From contig OZ024740.1 of the NCBI GenBank assembly GCA_964016885.1, forward strand, positions 76,446,001-76,510,000: DNA of 64,000 nt. Reading direction: 5' to 3'. A program made the translations under genes and the position numbers. The notes below the pieces were generated by a model that saw nothing but the letters and a program-made list of their open reading frames with translations, was not told the origin of the DNA and did no database searches. Below are positions 42,048 to 56,799 of this stretch, one piece after another. Source of the DNA: Eledone cirrhosa (Eukaryota). Each line of letters starts with the position of its first letter. Position 1 is the first letter of the stretch.

Positions 42048-45000
42048 TAATAAAAACAATGAATAAAAATAAAGAAACAGTTCCTTATGTTAAAAAATTC
42101 ATCATTTTACGATCGTTTCTAGGATATATATGTGTGTGTTGGTATGTATATCATATAGATCTATGTAAAAGCTTTACAAACTATCAGAGGGAATATACAT
42201 ACCTACACATATATATGCTGTCTTCAGAAATAATGATATTTGTTTATTGAAAAAAACCCAACAAAGATTTAATATAATAGGTCTGTTTGGGAACAGGTTT
42301 TGAATTGACCAATAGAAAAGTAGTAAGTGGTCAAGTTGATAGAATAGTAGTAGTAGAAATTTAATTTAGGGGTAGAGGAATGCAGACTTCAGTTTTGAAT
42401 GGAAAGAGTATTTTGAATGAAAAGATTACTTTGGGGATGAAAATAGGTCAAGCCGGTGAAAGGTACACGAAAATTTGATGTTATTAAAGAAGAATGCTAA
42501 TGTTAAAATCTAAGGAGTATAAAATGTTACTATAAATGTGTTAGTGAAAAATATCAATCTTATTTAAAACATAAGGAATATAGATCTATAAAAAGAAATT
42601 AAATTAATTTAATTGATAGGTATATTTATAGGGATAAATTTATATTAATTCATATAGATATGATAAATAAGAGTCAGATGTTATTAAAGAATGTTGTTAA
42701 AAACGAAGGAAAAAAAGTTTGGGGAGGGGGGTAAATGTATTAGTGAGAAATAACAAACTTATATAGATTATAAGGAATTTAGATTCATAACAGGAAATTA
42801 AAATAGTTTATATGTATACCTATTGGTATAAATTTTAGGAAAAGATAGCTGTAAAAGGGAAATAAAATTATGCAGTTCTTAGTAGTAGAATATTAATTAT
42901 AGGTTAACTAATTAAAAAAAATTAATTATAATAATTTGTAAAATATAAATGTATATTAATTAGGTTTATAATATTTGAAAGTTTTTCTAATTCTATGATT
43001 ACATGATATAATTAATTCTTGTCGCTTATTTAATAGGATATCGTTAGATTTCATTATTTCAAAAAGTTCCTGGGAACATAATCTACATTCATATCTATTA
43101 TTTTGATAAGGGGTGGCCCTTTTGAGCACACTCCAGGTCAAGTTATAATCAATATTCTTTTTTCTATAATTATTAATTATTTCAGCTAAGGATGCGGCAT
43201 TTTAAAAACTGTGTTTGTGGGTATTAACTCTTACTTTAAATTGGTTAGAAGTAGCTCCTATATATGAATAAGTTGAGTCCTTAGTGCTAATTTTACATTT
43301 ATATACTATGTTATTAATAAGGCAATTTCTTTTTAATGGGCAATTTGCTTTGTTTCTACAATTACAAACTTGCGTGAATGTTATATCAGGGGAGTAATCA
43401 AATTAGGTGTGGAATTTTCTCGACTTGTTGTATGTGAATGAGATGGTGGTTTGCTGTGGTTTATTTTAGTATTATGGTTAGTTTGATGTGTTGGTGGTAC
43501 ATCCATGTTTCTTTTTACATTTATATGCATTGTAGGCACTTATATTTTGTTGTATATTTTTAGTTGTTGAGTAGGAGAATTTGACCGTTGATCTATTTAA
43601 AATCTGATTGTATTTATGGTTTGGCGGGAAGTTTTTCTCTAGGATAGTAAACATTTTTTTAGGTATATTATCTTTAATTTGTAGATTAAATGGAGCATTA
43701 TACCAAGTAACTCGTCTATTACGGTTTCGATGTCGTTTTTTATTATTATATGATGTATCCTGATGTTTACTAAGAGAATTAGTATTAGTGATTTTATTAC
43801 AGATATTTTTAGTTAGATTCACTGATTTAGGTGTTTTAGCCTGATTATTAGGAATTTTGTTAGTAATGTTATTAACATATATTGGAATATTAGGATGAAT
43901 TGTTTTTTTGAAAGTTATTATATTGTATATTAGAAGAGGTAGAGAAATTAAGTTTTAAGTTGGTATTTTGGGGTATAGTGTGAGTGGTATTTAGTTGTGT
44001 ATATTTCATTTGGTGTTTGTTGGTAATATTGGGTCGTATGCTTGTAGTATTTTTGGTACAAGTTATATATACTGATTTGTTTTTGTGGCCGCTTCTAGCT
44101 AAAGCTTCGTTATAAAATGTCGCATTTTTATCAAATATCTCTTGGTTATATGAAAGGTTAGAAATTCTGAATGAGATATTATATGCTAGGTTTTTAAGGA
44201 TAGATTTAGGATGATTAGATTTTGAGTGTATGTAATGTAAGTTTTGGTTAGGTTTATGGTAAGGTTGGTAGATACCTGTAGATAAGTCTAAAGTTATATC
44301 AAGGAAATTAACTACTTTACTTGTGTTTTCGAATATAATATTGAGACTATAATAGTCTTTGAGGAAAGTTCTAATAAGTTTTTTATTTTTTTCAATTTCT
44401 GATAGGCTAAGGTTAGTGAAAGAAGAACAGTCATCACGATATAAACCACCTTTAAGGTGGGGAAAAGAAGCATTTATGTTAAATCGAAGAAAGAGGCCAC
44501 AAGATCGGTAATTTGGGCAGAATCGCTACATCCCATAGTAATGTCGAATAGATTATTATATGTATTTCTGGTCCAGTATTCCTTCTGAAATTCCAGTAGT
44601 GTTTGTATAGCCTGCGTGATAATATTAATGTCATCCATAGTTAAGTTTGATCTATTTTTGGCAAATATCAAGGCTTTGTTCAGGAGTATGGGTGATATAG
44701 ATGGATAATAAGCATCTATATCGAATTGTAGAAATGAAGCAGATGATTTATTTCTAATATTAGTAAACCAGTTAATTACCTGGGATGTGTTTTCCCAGAG
44801 TGGTAAATTATCATGTTTTCTTAATTGTGGGATGACTCTATCTAAAATGTTTTTACTAATGATGCCAATGTCAGATTTGGAAGGGCATATAAGTCTTATA
44901 GAAGGATTAGAGTTAAAATTAGATCTGTGATCTTTCAGGTTAAAATGTGGTTTTTTCAGTGCCAAAGGTTCAGTTCTATCTTCAATATTGAGTTTATTTA

Positions 45001-46068
45001 CTATGATGTGTGTTTTGTTATTGATTTTGGTAAGTGCCGCATTATTTGTTTTTTTAATAATTTTTCCTGAGTTCTTTATAAATGAACTCATTGTAATTAT
45101 CAATATCCATGTGGTACAGATTTCCAGTTTTGTCAGAGTGGACATGGATTTTGTTAGATTTTTTTAGATCCAATAGGGTTGAATCAAGATCCTTTTGAAA
45201 ATTAGATTTATATATCTTAAATCTGAGGTGTTTGATTAAGTTAAATAGGTCTTTCTCGAGGTTTTCAATCAAGGAGTTGTGTGGTGGGTTCTTATATGTA
45301 GTGAAATCATATAAATATTTCTTATCAGTACATTTTGTTTTTTTATCAAAGTGGTAGGCCCTCCATCTGACCCTTTTGATGAATTGGTTGGTTTTTTGTA
45401 TCATAAGAATTAAGAATTCATCCTTAGAAGGTATTGGTATATTCTTTAAAGAAGTTCCCAAGTATTGTCTTTCCATTGTGATAAGGATAATGGACAAGAA
45501 AAAGAGCTCAACTATATATATAGGGAGTTATAAAATTATATATATATATAAAAATATGAATACCTTTATAAAATTAGGAGCAAAGTATGTAGATAAATCT
45601 ACCAAAATATACGGTAGTGCCCAATGCGTATGAAGAATTCAATGTAATCCAAATATCATGAAAAGAGAAGATGTATTCAAAATTTTTCGATGAAAAACAA
45701 AGGAAAACAGAGTCAAGATAAATTAAAAACAATGAATAAAAACAAAGAAACAGTTCCTTATATTAAAAAATTCATCATTTTACGATAGTTTCTAGGATAT
45801 ATATGTGTGTGTCGGTATGTATATCATATAGATCTATTTAAAAGTTTTACAAACTATCAGAAGGAATATACATACCTACACATATATATGCTGTCTTCAG
45901 AAATAATGATATTTGTTTATTGAAAAAAACCAACAAAAATTTAATATAATAGGTCTGTTTGGGAACAGGTTTTGAATTGACCAATAGAAAAGTAGTAAGT
46001 GGTCAAGTTGATAGAATAGTAGTAGTAGAAATTTAATTTAGGGGTAGAAATATAGACTTCAGTTTTGA
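42045..46068 (-). mobile_element. Penelope-like element (Nematis-like): full ORF region (42956-45497, disrupted), 3' pLTR and upstream partial pLTR
   Basis: IKRVRWRAY, LKDHRSNF, FDIDAYYPSI, MGCSDSAQ, WYNAPF, GIY-YIG; 45705-46065 repeats ~42045-42395. Confidence 0.92.
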
Positions 46069-47563
46069 TCTAGCGATTCTGCCCAAATTACCGATCTTGT
46101 GGGCCTCTTTCTTCGATTTAACATAAATGCTTCTTTTCCCCACCTTAAAGGTGGTTTATATCGTGATGACTGTTCTTCTTTCCACTAACCTTAGCCTATC
46201 AGAAATTGAAAAAAATAAAAAACTTATTAGAACTTTCCTCAAAGACTATTATAGTCTCAATATTATATTCGAAAACACAAGTAAAGTAGTTAATTTCCTT
46301 GATATAACTTTAGACTTATCTACAGGTATCTACCAACCTTACCATAAACCTAACCAAAACTTACATTACATACACTCAAAATCTAATCATCCTAAATCTA
46401 TCCTTAAAAACCTAGCATATAATATCTCATTCAGAATTTCTAACCTTTCATATAACCAAGAGATATTTGATAAAAATGCGACATTTTATAACGAAGCTTT
46501 AGCTAGAAGCGGCCACAAAAACAAATCAGTATATATAACTTGTACCAAAAATACTACAAGCATACGACCCAATATTACCAACAAACACCAAATGAAATAT
46601 ACACAACTAAATACCACTCACACTATACCCCAAAATACCAACTTAAAACTTAATTTCTCTACCTCTTCTAATATACAATATAATAACTTTCAAAAAAACA
46701 ATTCATCCTAATATTCCAATATATGTTAATAACATTACTAACAAAATTCCTAATAATCAGGCTAAAACACCTAAATCAGTGAATCTAACTAAAAATATGT
46801 GTAATAAAATCACTAATACTAATTCTCTTAGTAAACATCAGGATACATCATATAATAATAAAAAACGACATCGAAACCGTAATAGACGAGTTACTTGGTA
46901 TAATGCTCCATTTAATCTACAAATTAAAGATAATATACCTAAAAAAATGTTTACTATCCTAGAGAAAAACTTCCCGCCAAACCATAAATACAATCAGATT
47001 TTAAATAGATCAACGGTCAAATTCTCCTACTCAACAACCAAAAATATACAACAAAATATAAGTGCCTACAATGCATATAAATGTAAAAAGAAACATGGAT
47101 ATACCACCAACACATCAAACTAACCATAATACTAAAATAAACCACAGCAAACCACCATCTCATTCACATACAACAAGTCGAGAAAATTCCACACCTAATT
47201 TGATTACTCCCCTGATATAACATTCACGCAAGGTTGTAACTGTAGAAACAAAGCAAATTGCCCATTAAAAGGAAATTGCCTTATTAATAACATAGTATAT
47301 AAATGTAAAATTAGCACTAAGGACTCAACTTATTCATATATAGGAGCTACTTCTAACCAATTTAAAGTAAGAGTTAATACCCACAAACACAGTTTTTAAA
47401 ATGCCGCATTAGCTAATACAACATCCTTAGCTGAAATAATTAATAATTATAGAAAAAAGAATATTGATTATAACTTGACTTGGAGTGTGCTCAAAAGGGC
47501 CACCCCTTATCAAAATAATAGATATGAATGTAGATTATGTTCCCAGGAACTTTTTGAAATAAT

Positions 47564-47750
47564 TGTTTCTACGTTAGACACAAGGCCAGCAATTACCCAG
47601 TGCATTACTGGTACTTTATTTTATCGACCCCGTAAGGATGAAAGGCAAAGTTAACCTTGGCAGGATTTGAACTCGGAATGGCAAGGGCCGTAACTCTATA
47701 CGTCAAAGCATGGCGTCCGACCCTCTACCAATACTGCCAATCCACCGCCC
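47564..47750 (-). mobile_element. Full-length tRNA-derived SINE family A inserted in the PLE GIY-YIG region
   Basis: 13-bp TSD TTTTTGAAATAAT (47551-47563, 47751-47763); empty site in the sister arm at ~43055-43067. Confidence 0.95.
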
Positions 47751-48580
47751 TTTTTGAAATAATGAAATCTAACGATATCCTATTAAATAAGCGACAAGAA
47801 TTAATTATATCATGTAATCATAGAATTAGAAAAACTTTCAAATATTATAAACCTAATTAATATACACTTATATTTTACAAATTATTATAATTAATTTTTT
47901 TTAATTAGTTAACCTATAATTAATATTCTACTACTAAGAACTGCATAATTTTATTTCCCTTTTACAGCTATCTTTTCCTAAAATTTATACCAATAGGTAT
48001 ACATATAAACTATTTTAATTTCCTGTTATGAATCTAAATTCCTTATAATCTATATAAGTTTGTTATTTCTCACTAATACATTTACCCCCCCCCCCCAACT
48101 TTTTTTCCTTCGTTTTTACCAACATTCTTTAATAACATCTGACTCTTATTTATCATATCTATATGAATTAATATATATTTATCCCTATAAATATACCTAT
48201 CAATTAAATTAATTTAATTTCTTTTTATAGATCTATATTCCTTATGTTTTAAATAAGATTGATATTTTTCACTAACACATTTATAGTAAAATGTTATTCT
48301 CCTTAGATTTTAACATTAGCATTATTCTTTAATAACATCAAATTTTCGTGTACCTTTCACCGGCTTGACCTATTTTCATCCCCAAAGTAATCTTTTCATT
48401 CAAAATACTCTTTCCATTCAAAGCTGAGGTCTGCATTCCTCTACCCCTAAATTAAATTTCTACTATTACTATTCTATCAACTTGACCACTTACTACTTTT
48501 CTATTGGTCAATTCAAAACCTGTTCCCAAACAGACATATTATATTAAATTTTTGTTGGTTTTTTTCAATAAACAAATATC

Positions 48581-48714
48581 ATTATTTCTGAAGACAGCAT
48601 ATATATGTGTAGGTATGTATATTCCCTCTGATAGTTTGTAAAACTTTTACATAGATCTATATGATATACATACCAACACACACATATATATCCTAGAAAC
48701 GATCGTAAAATGAT
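48581..48714 (+). ncRNA. Type I hammerhead ribozyme with ~100-nt stem II in a PLE pLTR
   Basis: ATTATTT-CTGAAGA-[ATATATATGTGT..GGTATGTATAT...ATATACATACC..ACACATATATAT]-GAAA-CGATCG-TA-AAATGAT; minus copies at ~42102-42235 and ~45774-45907. Confidence 0.75.
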
Positions 48715-48906
48715 GAATTTTTTAACATAAGGAACTGTTTCTTTGTTTTTATTCATTTTTTTAATTAATTTATCTTGACTCTGTTTTCCTGTGTTTTTCA
48801 TCGAAAAATTTTGAATACATCTTCTCTTTACATGATATTTGGATTACATTGAGTTCTTCATACGGATTGGACACTACCGTATATTTTGGTAGATTTATCT
48901 CCCCCC

Positions 48907-49017
<111 letters not shown>

Positions 49018-49134
49018 TACAGATAAAAGTTTAAGTAATAAATCGCTTTTTTAAAGGATCTTCTGAAACTCATCGAGCCCTCTTCGGATTTTGGTCTTCA
49101 TAATTAATATTACTACACACACACACACACACAT

Positions 49135-50890
49135 TATAATAGAAAAATTTGAACAGGAATAAAACAGAGAGGCAGTACAACGAATGTTTATTAATTTCAC
49201 GCTCTGAAGAGTGGGGTGGTGGTGGGGAACGACGTTTCGGGCATAAGCCCTTTCTCAGGTGAGAAGTGTGTGGGAACAGAGTTCAAAGGGTGTGTAGGGG
49301 AGTGGTGGAGAGACATATAGCGAAAGGTAACGGTGGAAATGAAATTAAAAATAAAAGTAAAAATAAAGCATGATCAAAATACAAGGAATGAAATAAAATT
49401 AAATATAAAAGCATGATCAAAATAAACTGAAATTAAAAAGGGGTAAAACAGGTGGTGAAAGGGTGTGGGGTGTGTAGGGGTGGTGGCGGGTGGAGTGGGG
49501 AGAGGGAGACAGGGTGTCCGAGCGGGGTTGGCTGAAGGTGGTGTGCGTGTGTAGGTGTACGTGTGTGTGTGTATGTGAAAGTAAGGGTTGGGGGAAGAAC
49601 GGGGTTGCATGTTCAGGAAGAGGTGGTTGTGGGGTGGTTGTAGGTCGGAGTGTCTGTGCGTGTGTGGATAGAGGGGTGGGGGGAGAGGAATCAGGAGGCT
49701 GGGGGTGTAAATATGTGGTGGAAAGCACGTGTGTGGGGGGGGGTTTAAGCGTGTTGTGGGTGTAGGTGGCGTGTGGGAGAAAAACATTTTTTTGGGTTGT
49801 GTGTGTGGGTGAGTTATATAGGTGATTCCGTAAGAGGATGGTTGAAAAGTTGGTAAGTTCCTATGATGTTTAGTGGATTCTGTGGTGGTCAAGTTCCGCA
49901 TACGAGTATTCCTCTCGGAAGAGGAGAGATGTGGGGTGCGCGCGCAACAGGAAGTGGTCAAGCGGTGGGAGTGCTGTGTGTCTGTTTGTGCTGGGAGGTG
50001 GTCAGTGGGCATAGCAGCAGTCGGTGGAATGGTAAAGGGGCGAGGATGGGTAGGTGTGAAAGTTGGAGTGAGGAGGGTGTGTGTGTGTATTAGTAGAGGG
50101 GTTAGTGGGATGAGTGAGTGTGGAGCGAGGGTGTGGGTGGAGCGGGGAGAGAAGGGTGTGTATAGTTCTATGGAGGGAGTGTGGTGTACTGGTGTGTGTG
50201 TAGTTTGAAGAAGGAGGTGTTAGTGGGTGTTAGTATACGGGAGGTGGGGAAGGGTTGAATGCAGGTGTGAGTGGGGGTTAGTGGTGGTAGGATGTGTAGA
50301 GTTGGTGGTGTACGGGGGTGTGTGGGTACGTGTGCGTGGGGTTGGGGGGTGTTAGCGATGTTAGTTGCGTGTGGGGTGGGTGGTGTAATTGGGTGCGTGT
50401 GTTCATGTGCTTGGGGTTAGGAGGTGTTAGTGAGGTTAGTTGCGGGGTGGTGGGATGGAGGTGTGGGGGTGAGGGTTAGTGGTGGCAGTAGGGTGTGTGT
50501 TTAGTGTGAGCGCCTGTATATATGTGCCGGTGGGTGTGTGTGTGTGTGATAAGGAGGGGGGAGGAAGAGAAGAAGGGAGGGATGTTAGTATGTTAGTTGG
50601 GGAAGGGTGGTCGGATGAGGGGTGGAGTGGAGTGGAGGTGTTAGTATTGTTAGTTGTGGGGTGGGCGGTGAAAAGGAGGGGTGTGTTAGTGGTGTTAGTG
50701 GGGGATAAGTGTGGGGGGAGGGGTGAGGTCGAAGGTTAAAGGAATAAGGGTGGGGAGTTCAGGCCGGGGGGAGTGTGGGTCTGTAAGATGAAGATAGTTC
50801 TTTGTTCGACTCTAAGGCGATTGGCGGGTGTTCCGTGGCATTGGAGTAGGCCACAGACTGTGAGATGGCGTGCGGAATGTCCAGGGCCAC
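49135..50890 (-). mobile_element. Second, shorter copy of the Neptune-like PLE (GIY-YIG tail, 3'UTR, pLTR)
   Basis: Colinear high similarity to 9105-10850. Confidence 0.9.
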
Positions 50891-51180
50891 ATATATATAT
50901 ATATGGGGAGGGGTGATATATGTATGTGTATCTGAATGTGTATTATTTCAAATAGAATTGATTTCTAGAAACTAGTGTTGTTATATTCACTTCAAATCAT
51001 TGATGGGTTCATCTGAATGGAACATCCATAATATTAATTTCTATTTTAAGTGAATTATATACCCCCTCTAGTTGATATATTGAGTACTTTATGTAAATAT
51101 GTGGCCTCCTTCTGTTCAACAGAAAATCCTCCTATTATATATATATATGTGTGTTCGTGTGCTCTCTATATATATATATA

Positions 51181-51243
<63 letters not shown>

Positions 51244-51335
51244 AAGGTGTGTGGCTTCGTGGTTGGGAGCTCTAATCTCTGACCGGGTGATGCAATGTGT
51301 CCTTGAGCAAGAGACTTTGTTTTCCTCAGCGTTTT
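51244..51335 (+). mobile_element. Degraded tRNA-SINE fragment
   Basis: GTGGCTTCGTGGTT head and TGTGTCCTTGAGCAAGAGACTTT core. Confidence 0.5.
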
Positions 51336-51398
51336 CCTTTGACAACGAGGGGACACTGATATGCAAACAAACTTGCCCGGACATGTACCTCGGAGTAG

Positions 51399-51574
<176 letters not shown>

Positions 51575-53133
51575 GATATTTAATTTGTTGGTAATTCAAC
51601 AAATATAAATGTTTATAACTGATTCAAAGCACTCGACAGATTTTTCTGGAGTATAATATTCAATAATATTAAATAAATGGAAACTATATTTATAAAACCA
51701 TATTTATTCTATTATATATATTTCAAGGGTACCAAAACTTTTTTTATATAATTAACTGTCAAAACTATATTAATTTAAGAACAGAATTATTTTTCTAGCT
51801 GCAGACATTGCCAAAATTCCACTTTCAGAAGTATTTTAAATCTATGATATTCATTACACTTGACTATACCTTATACACCTTTAAAATGATCCTATTATTT
51901 ACTGAGTATTTCTTTAAAAATTTAAAATTTTTTAAATGATCTTCTTTCTTAAATTTAGTATTTTTACCATTTGATATTCTTTTCCTAATGATACTCTTCT
52001 TAATCTATTTTTTAGATGTAGATTGATAATCTTTAATTGACATTCTGAAAGATATCCTCTTTACGATAGTTCTTCGAAATGCATAATATTTTTTTCATCA
52101 TTTTAATCTTCAAACTTTTCACACATCTCTCAACGTAAATAATATGTAATTGAAATTCTCATCCTTGAAAAAAATAATAATATATAATTTTCTCTACATA
52201 CTTTCATCATTCATCAAATTGAATGGTAAATCATTCATCAAATTTAATCGTTAGCAAATACGATTGGAGTTATCTTTTCCTTTACAATTGTGCAAACATA
52301 CACATGATAACTGGTATGATAAACTATATAACTTCGCTAAATTAACAATATTCTGAAAACATTTTCAATGTTGGAACAAAATATTTGAATCTACAAATTG
52401 TTCTCCTCTTACAACTTGAACTACGTCTTTTTCTTAAATTTTTTTTAATGTAAAATGTAAAATCAACATCCTTCGTAACTCATATGAGAAATATAAACAA
52501 TTAATAATTGTGGTTTATTTCTATAAAATCACCAATAATACTTATACTTGCACAATTATTAATCTATATAGATATTTATATACTTACAACCTATTGTAAT
52601 GTAATAAGATAAGATGTACTTAAAACCACAATTCTTCATATAATCTAATTGATTATATATACAATATTATAACACATAATATAGCTAAATAATTTTTTTA
52701 AATTCTGGAATCATATTCCACCATTCCTAAAAACTGTTTATTCTTTTTAAATTAACGTAAATAGAAGCTCTTCTTTCTTTCTCTTTCTTCTTATTACACA
52801 TACATACATATATCCTAATAATTATTTAAATCTACCAAGCGTCTAAAACTAACGTTTTTTTCAGCCCAATACCTCAACCCTATTTGCATATTCATCTTAA
52901 AAATTTGAAATATTTGACTTTTCTTCTCTTTCCATTCTTTCCTTTACTATCCAGGAAAAACTTGAACCGTTAAGATATTCTTCTTGGTTATGTCAATATT
53001 TATAAAAGAAGCACTGTATTTTATCTGATGAGTGCGTACCAAAGTTTTGGTTATTTAAATCGTTTTTTAATTTATTTAAAGGATTGTTTGATAATTGCTT
53101 GCTCCGCTCATATATATATATATATATATATAT

Positions 53134-53310
53134 AAGAGAAAGTATGGCCTCGTCGGCAGAGCTCAAGCCGTTTCGACGGCTATTTCCAGAAACGGCTTGA
53201 GCTCTGCTGTCGGGGTCATACTTTCTCTTATTACCCACTCTACTACCCTAAGTATTGAGTACTCTGGTGCGTTATGGTCCATCTGGTTCCTTACCACAAC
53301 TCCTCCGTTT
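53134..53310. mobile_element. Short fold-back pLTR-like element carrying an HHR 3' half
   Basis: Hairpin 53134-53230 with GAAACGGC..GCTGTC; family also at 25398-25480, 41705-41860, 60450-60495 and 60562-60745. Confidence 0.7.
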
Positions 53311-53329
53311 TATATATATATATATATAT

Positions 53330-54050
53330 ATAGGTTTACATATACATAAACTAGACAGAGCCATAGGTATATATATATATATGTTTTTGGCAACCATTCT
53401 GATTGTTGATTATTTAATTAATTAATTCGTCATTGACCCACACCGTGAATGGTTGCCAAATACATATATATATACCTATGGCTCTGTCTAGTTTATGTAT
53501 ATGTAAACCTCTATATTTTATATACTCCCGTAAGGTTGAGTAAATCTTTAGGCAGTATTCGGCTGCGCTTTCTAGCAACCAGCCTACTCGCCGTCAGGCA
53601 CCAATCACAAGCTTTCTGACTGACCACTGGGCATGTGACAATTCTTAGCCATTTTGAATTCGTTTCTGGCGGGGATCATTTAAGAAAAATCTTTGTCCAA
53701 TTGAATTTGTTTCCTGATGATTTCGAAACTCGTTGATTTATCCATGATCGGATATTTCCAAAATGCGAATGAAAACCCCGGGGGTAGAAACATAATTTTG
53801 ATATGTTTATGTACATTTTTTCTTCTAACTTTGATTTTGTACTAATTGTGTATGGTTAACTATATGTCTAGTCAATTTCTACGGGCTATTAGAAATACTA
53901 GGTAAATCATCTGTGGCTGTGGATCGCGTATAAAATAGTTACATTTTAAACATATAGCCTCGTTTAATTGATTTTTTATGTGGTTGATTATGCTGATTGG
54001 GAGAGGAAATACTGTATATATTTTATCAAATGATTCTATGGACTTACTTT
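53330..54050 (+). mobile_element. HHR element related to 22325-23010, with inverted 5' fragment
   Basis: 53331-53398 is the reverse complement of ~53447-53510; HHR 53709-53791 GTTTC-CTGATGA-TTTCG...CGAAT-GAAA-ACCCCGGGGG-TA-GAAAC. Confidence 0.8.
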
Positions 54051-54052
54051 CT

Positions 54053-54090
<38 letters not shown>

Positions 54091-54092
54091 CG

Positions 54093-54167
<75 letters not shown>

Positions 54168-54267
54168 GAAAGTGAGGTTGTTTTTTTTACAAAATGAAAA
54201 ATAACCGAGGTGTCCTACACGAGTGAAAGTATGAGGAAAAAAGATGAAATCGAAAATGCAACTGGAG

Positions 54268-54309
<42 letters not shown>

Positions 54310-54329
<20 letters not shown>

Positions 54330-55236
54330 CTGAGGATGTCTGTCTATGTGTGTGTGAGTTCGAATCCCTAAAACTCGAGAAGCACCCAACCGACTGTTTT
54401 CAAACTTTACACATGTAATACTTATGTTTCAGGAAGTGTTCTGAGCAAAAAAAAGTTCAAATTTTCAATGCCCTAGAGACCGCATTAGGCGATTTAGCGA
54501 TCTCTCTATATAATTCTTAGTCTTTCTCTTTTTAGATCGATACATACATATAACGTCGCGCCCTTATAATATCTGTCTGTATGTCTGACTGTCTGCATTA
54601 CCTCACTTCCCTGAGGATATCTGTCTGTGTGTGTGTGTCTGTGAGTTTGAATCCTTAAAACTCGAGAAGTACCCAACCGACTTTTTTCAAACTTTACATG
54701 TGTATTACTTATGTTTCAGGGAGTGTTATGCACATAAAATTCAACTTTTTGATCCCCTAGGGCCCGCATTAGATTAAAAACTGCGTTTTTTAAGGTTTTT
54801 AGGGGCTTTTTGAGGCGTTACGTCAGACTGATTTCCTTGAAATTGTAACTATGTATTAGTCAGTCTCTTCTTCATACTGTGAGCAAAGAAAATCCAACTT
54901 TTTTATGGCCTAGGGACGCATTAGCTGAAAAACTTCATTTTTCAGCTTTTTAGGGGTTTTTTGAGGCGTTACGTCTAGCAGATTTTCCCGAAATTTCAAG
55001 GCATATTATGCACATAAAAAAAATTCATTTTCTTGATCTCCTAGGGCCCGCATTAGATGAAAACCTGCATTTTTCATGCTTCATCGAGGAAAATATTAAA
55101 GATTATCCAGCCATCAAAGTATTCGGTTTCTTTTCTTTACATATTGTCCATGCATGTAGTTTTACCACGATTAGGTCTGTTGGCCGCCCGCGTTCCAAAA
55201 TACCTTATCCCGTGCAACGTCGGGTACCACTGCTAG
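54310..55236 (+). mobile_element. Non-autonomous Helitron
   Basis: 5' TATATATATAAAAA..GTCTGTCT; 3' hairpin CCCGTGCAACGTCGGG (55209-55224) then CTAG|T (55233-55237); internal ~150-280 bp duplications; exact 5' end hidden in (TA)n. Confidence 0.8.
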
Positions 55237-55241
55237 TATAT

Positions 55242-55338
<97 letters not shown>

Positions 55339-55400
55339 TGTGTGTGTGTGTGTGTGTATGCGTTTGTGAATAATATAGATACAGGAGTGTAGGATTGAGG

Positions 55401-55450
<50 letters not shown>

Positions 55451-55486
55451 CATATATATATATATATGCATATATATGTATATATA

Positions 55487-55521
<35 letters not shown>

Positions 55522-55647
55522 ATATAACATATATATATATATATAAATATGCGAGTCAGATTACGATTGTAAGTACATGTATTCATGTTTATATGTGTGT
55601 GTGTGAGGATATGTATCCGCATGTGTCAGCGTCTGTGAATGTGTGGG

Positions 55648-55731
<84 letters not shown>

Positions 55732-55732
55732 C

Positions 55733-55789
<57 letters not shown>

Positions 55790-55912
55790 CATAATTCGGT
55801 GAAAGAGAAAGTTGCGGGGAAAGTAGGGAAGAATTGAATTCTCGGTCGAGAATGTTTAATTGACAAATATCTGACGGCATACTGTGTTAGTGCGCCTGTG
55901 AATGGGGATCTA

Positions 55913-55952
<40 letters not shown>

Positions 55953-56110
55953 AAAGTGTGTATTTGCTTCCATGATTGTATGCTTATCTGTGTACTTTTT
56001 TGTCTATGACATGATAACCCCCTCCTTATACACACACATATAGATAGTTACCGTACATCTTTCATACAATAAACAACAAAACGCACACACACACACACAC
56101 ATATATGTAT

Positions 56111-56175
<65 letters not shown>

Positions 56176-56177
56176 AT

Positions 56178-56355
56178 TTAATATAGAAATGGCTCCTACA
56201 GGACTAGAACTGTTTCATTGGAAGGAAATCATCAGGATTTCCTTCGAATGAAACAGTTCTAGTCCTGTAGAAGCCATTTCTATATTAAATTTGAGGTTTA
56301 CATATGTATTGAGTACCTTACTTTCTGTGGTTACTCCTGATTGAACCCGGGACTC
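56178..56355. mobile_element. Fold-back HHR element (family of 18729-18901)
   Basis: Minus arm CCTGATGA-TTTC..AAT-GAAA-CAG...CTG-TA; the copy at 57181-57231 shows stem I GGCTTC/GAAGCC. Confidence 0.75.
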
Positions 56356-56799
56356 ACACACATACACACATATATGTACACACACTCACACACTCACACA
56401 CACACACACACATATATATATATGTGTGTGTGTGTGTTAGGTGTGTAACAACAGTTAAAGGCGGCACGCCGTTTGAAGCACTCAACGCTGTAAGGAGGTC
56501 TGTTTCGTTTGGGTTGTATTCTAGTGTAACGGCTGTAGTTTGTAGAAAGAAAATAGATTTAAAAGAGCTGATCGATATATATATATATGTATATATATCA
56601 ATAACAAAATAAGATGCTGAGGTTATATATATCGTTTAACCATGATAATTATTTCCACGGTTCTCCATGCAATCGAGATGTCCTTCATGCATTTGCTATT
56701 GATTATGAGAACGGTTTCCTCAGACATTAGGACGTGTGTTTTTTCCTGCCAGCGACATATCAAACATATCGATTTTCATCTGAGGATACCGTCCTCATA

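Larger units (their letters stand above)
46069..48900 (+). mobile_element. Inverted 5'-truncated copy of the same PLE with complete pLTR
   Basis: Reverse complement of ~42045-44530, starting inside the RT; near-identical ORFs 46779..47123 vs 43478..43822. Confidence 0.92.

Noticed and set aside
51600-52980. AT-rich block with faint L1/Tx1 C-terminal resemblance on the minus strand
   Set aside because: Too degraded to support without a translated search
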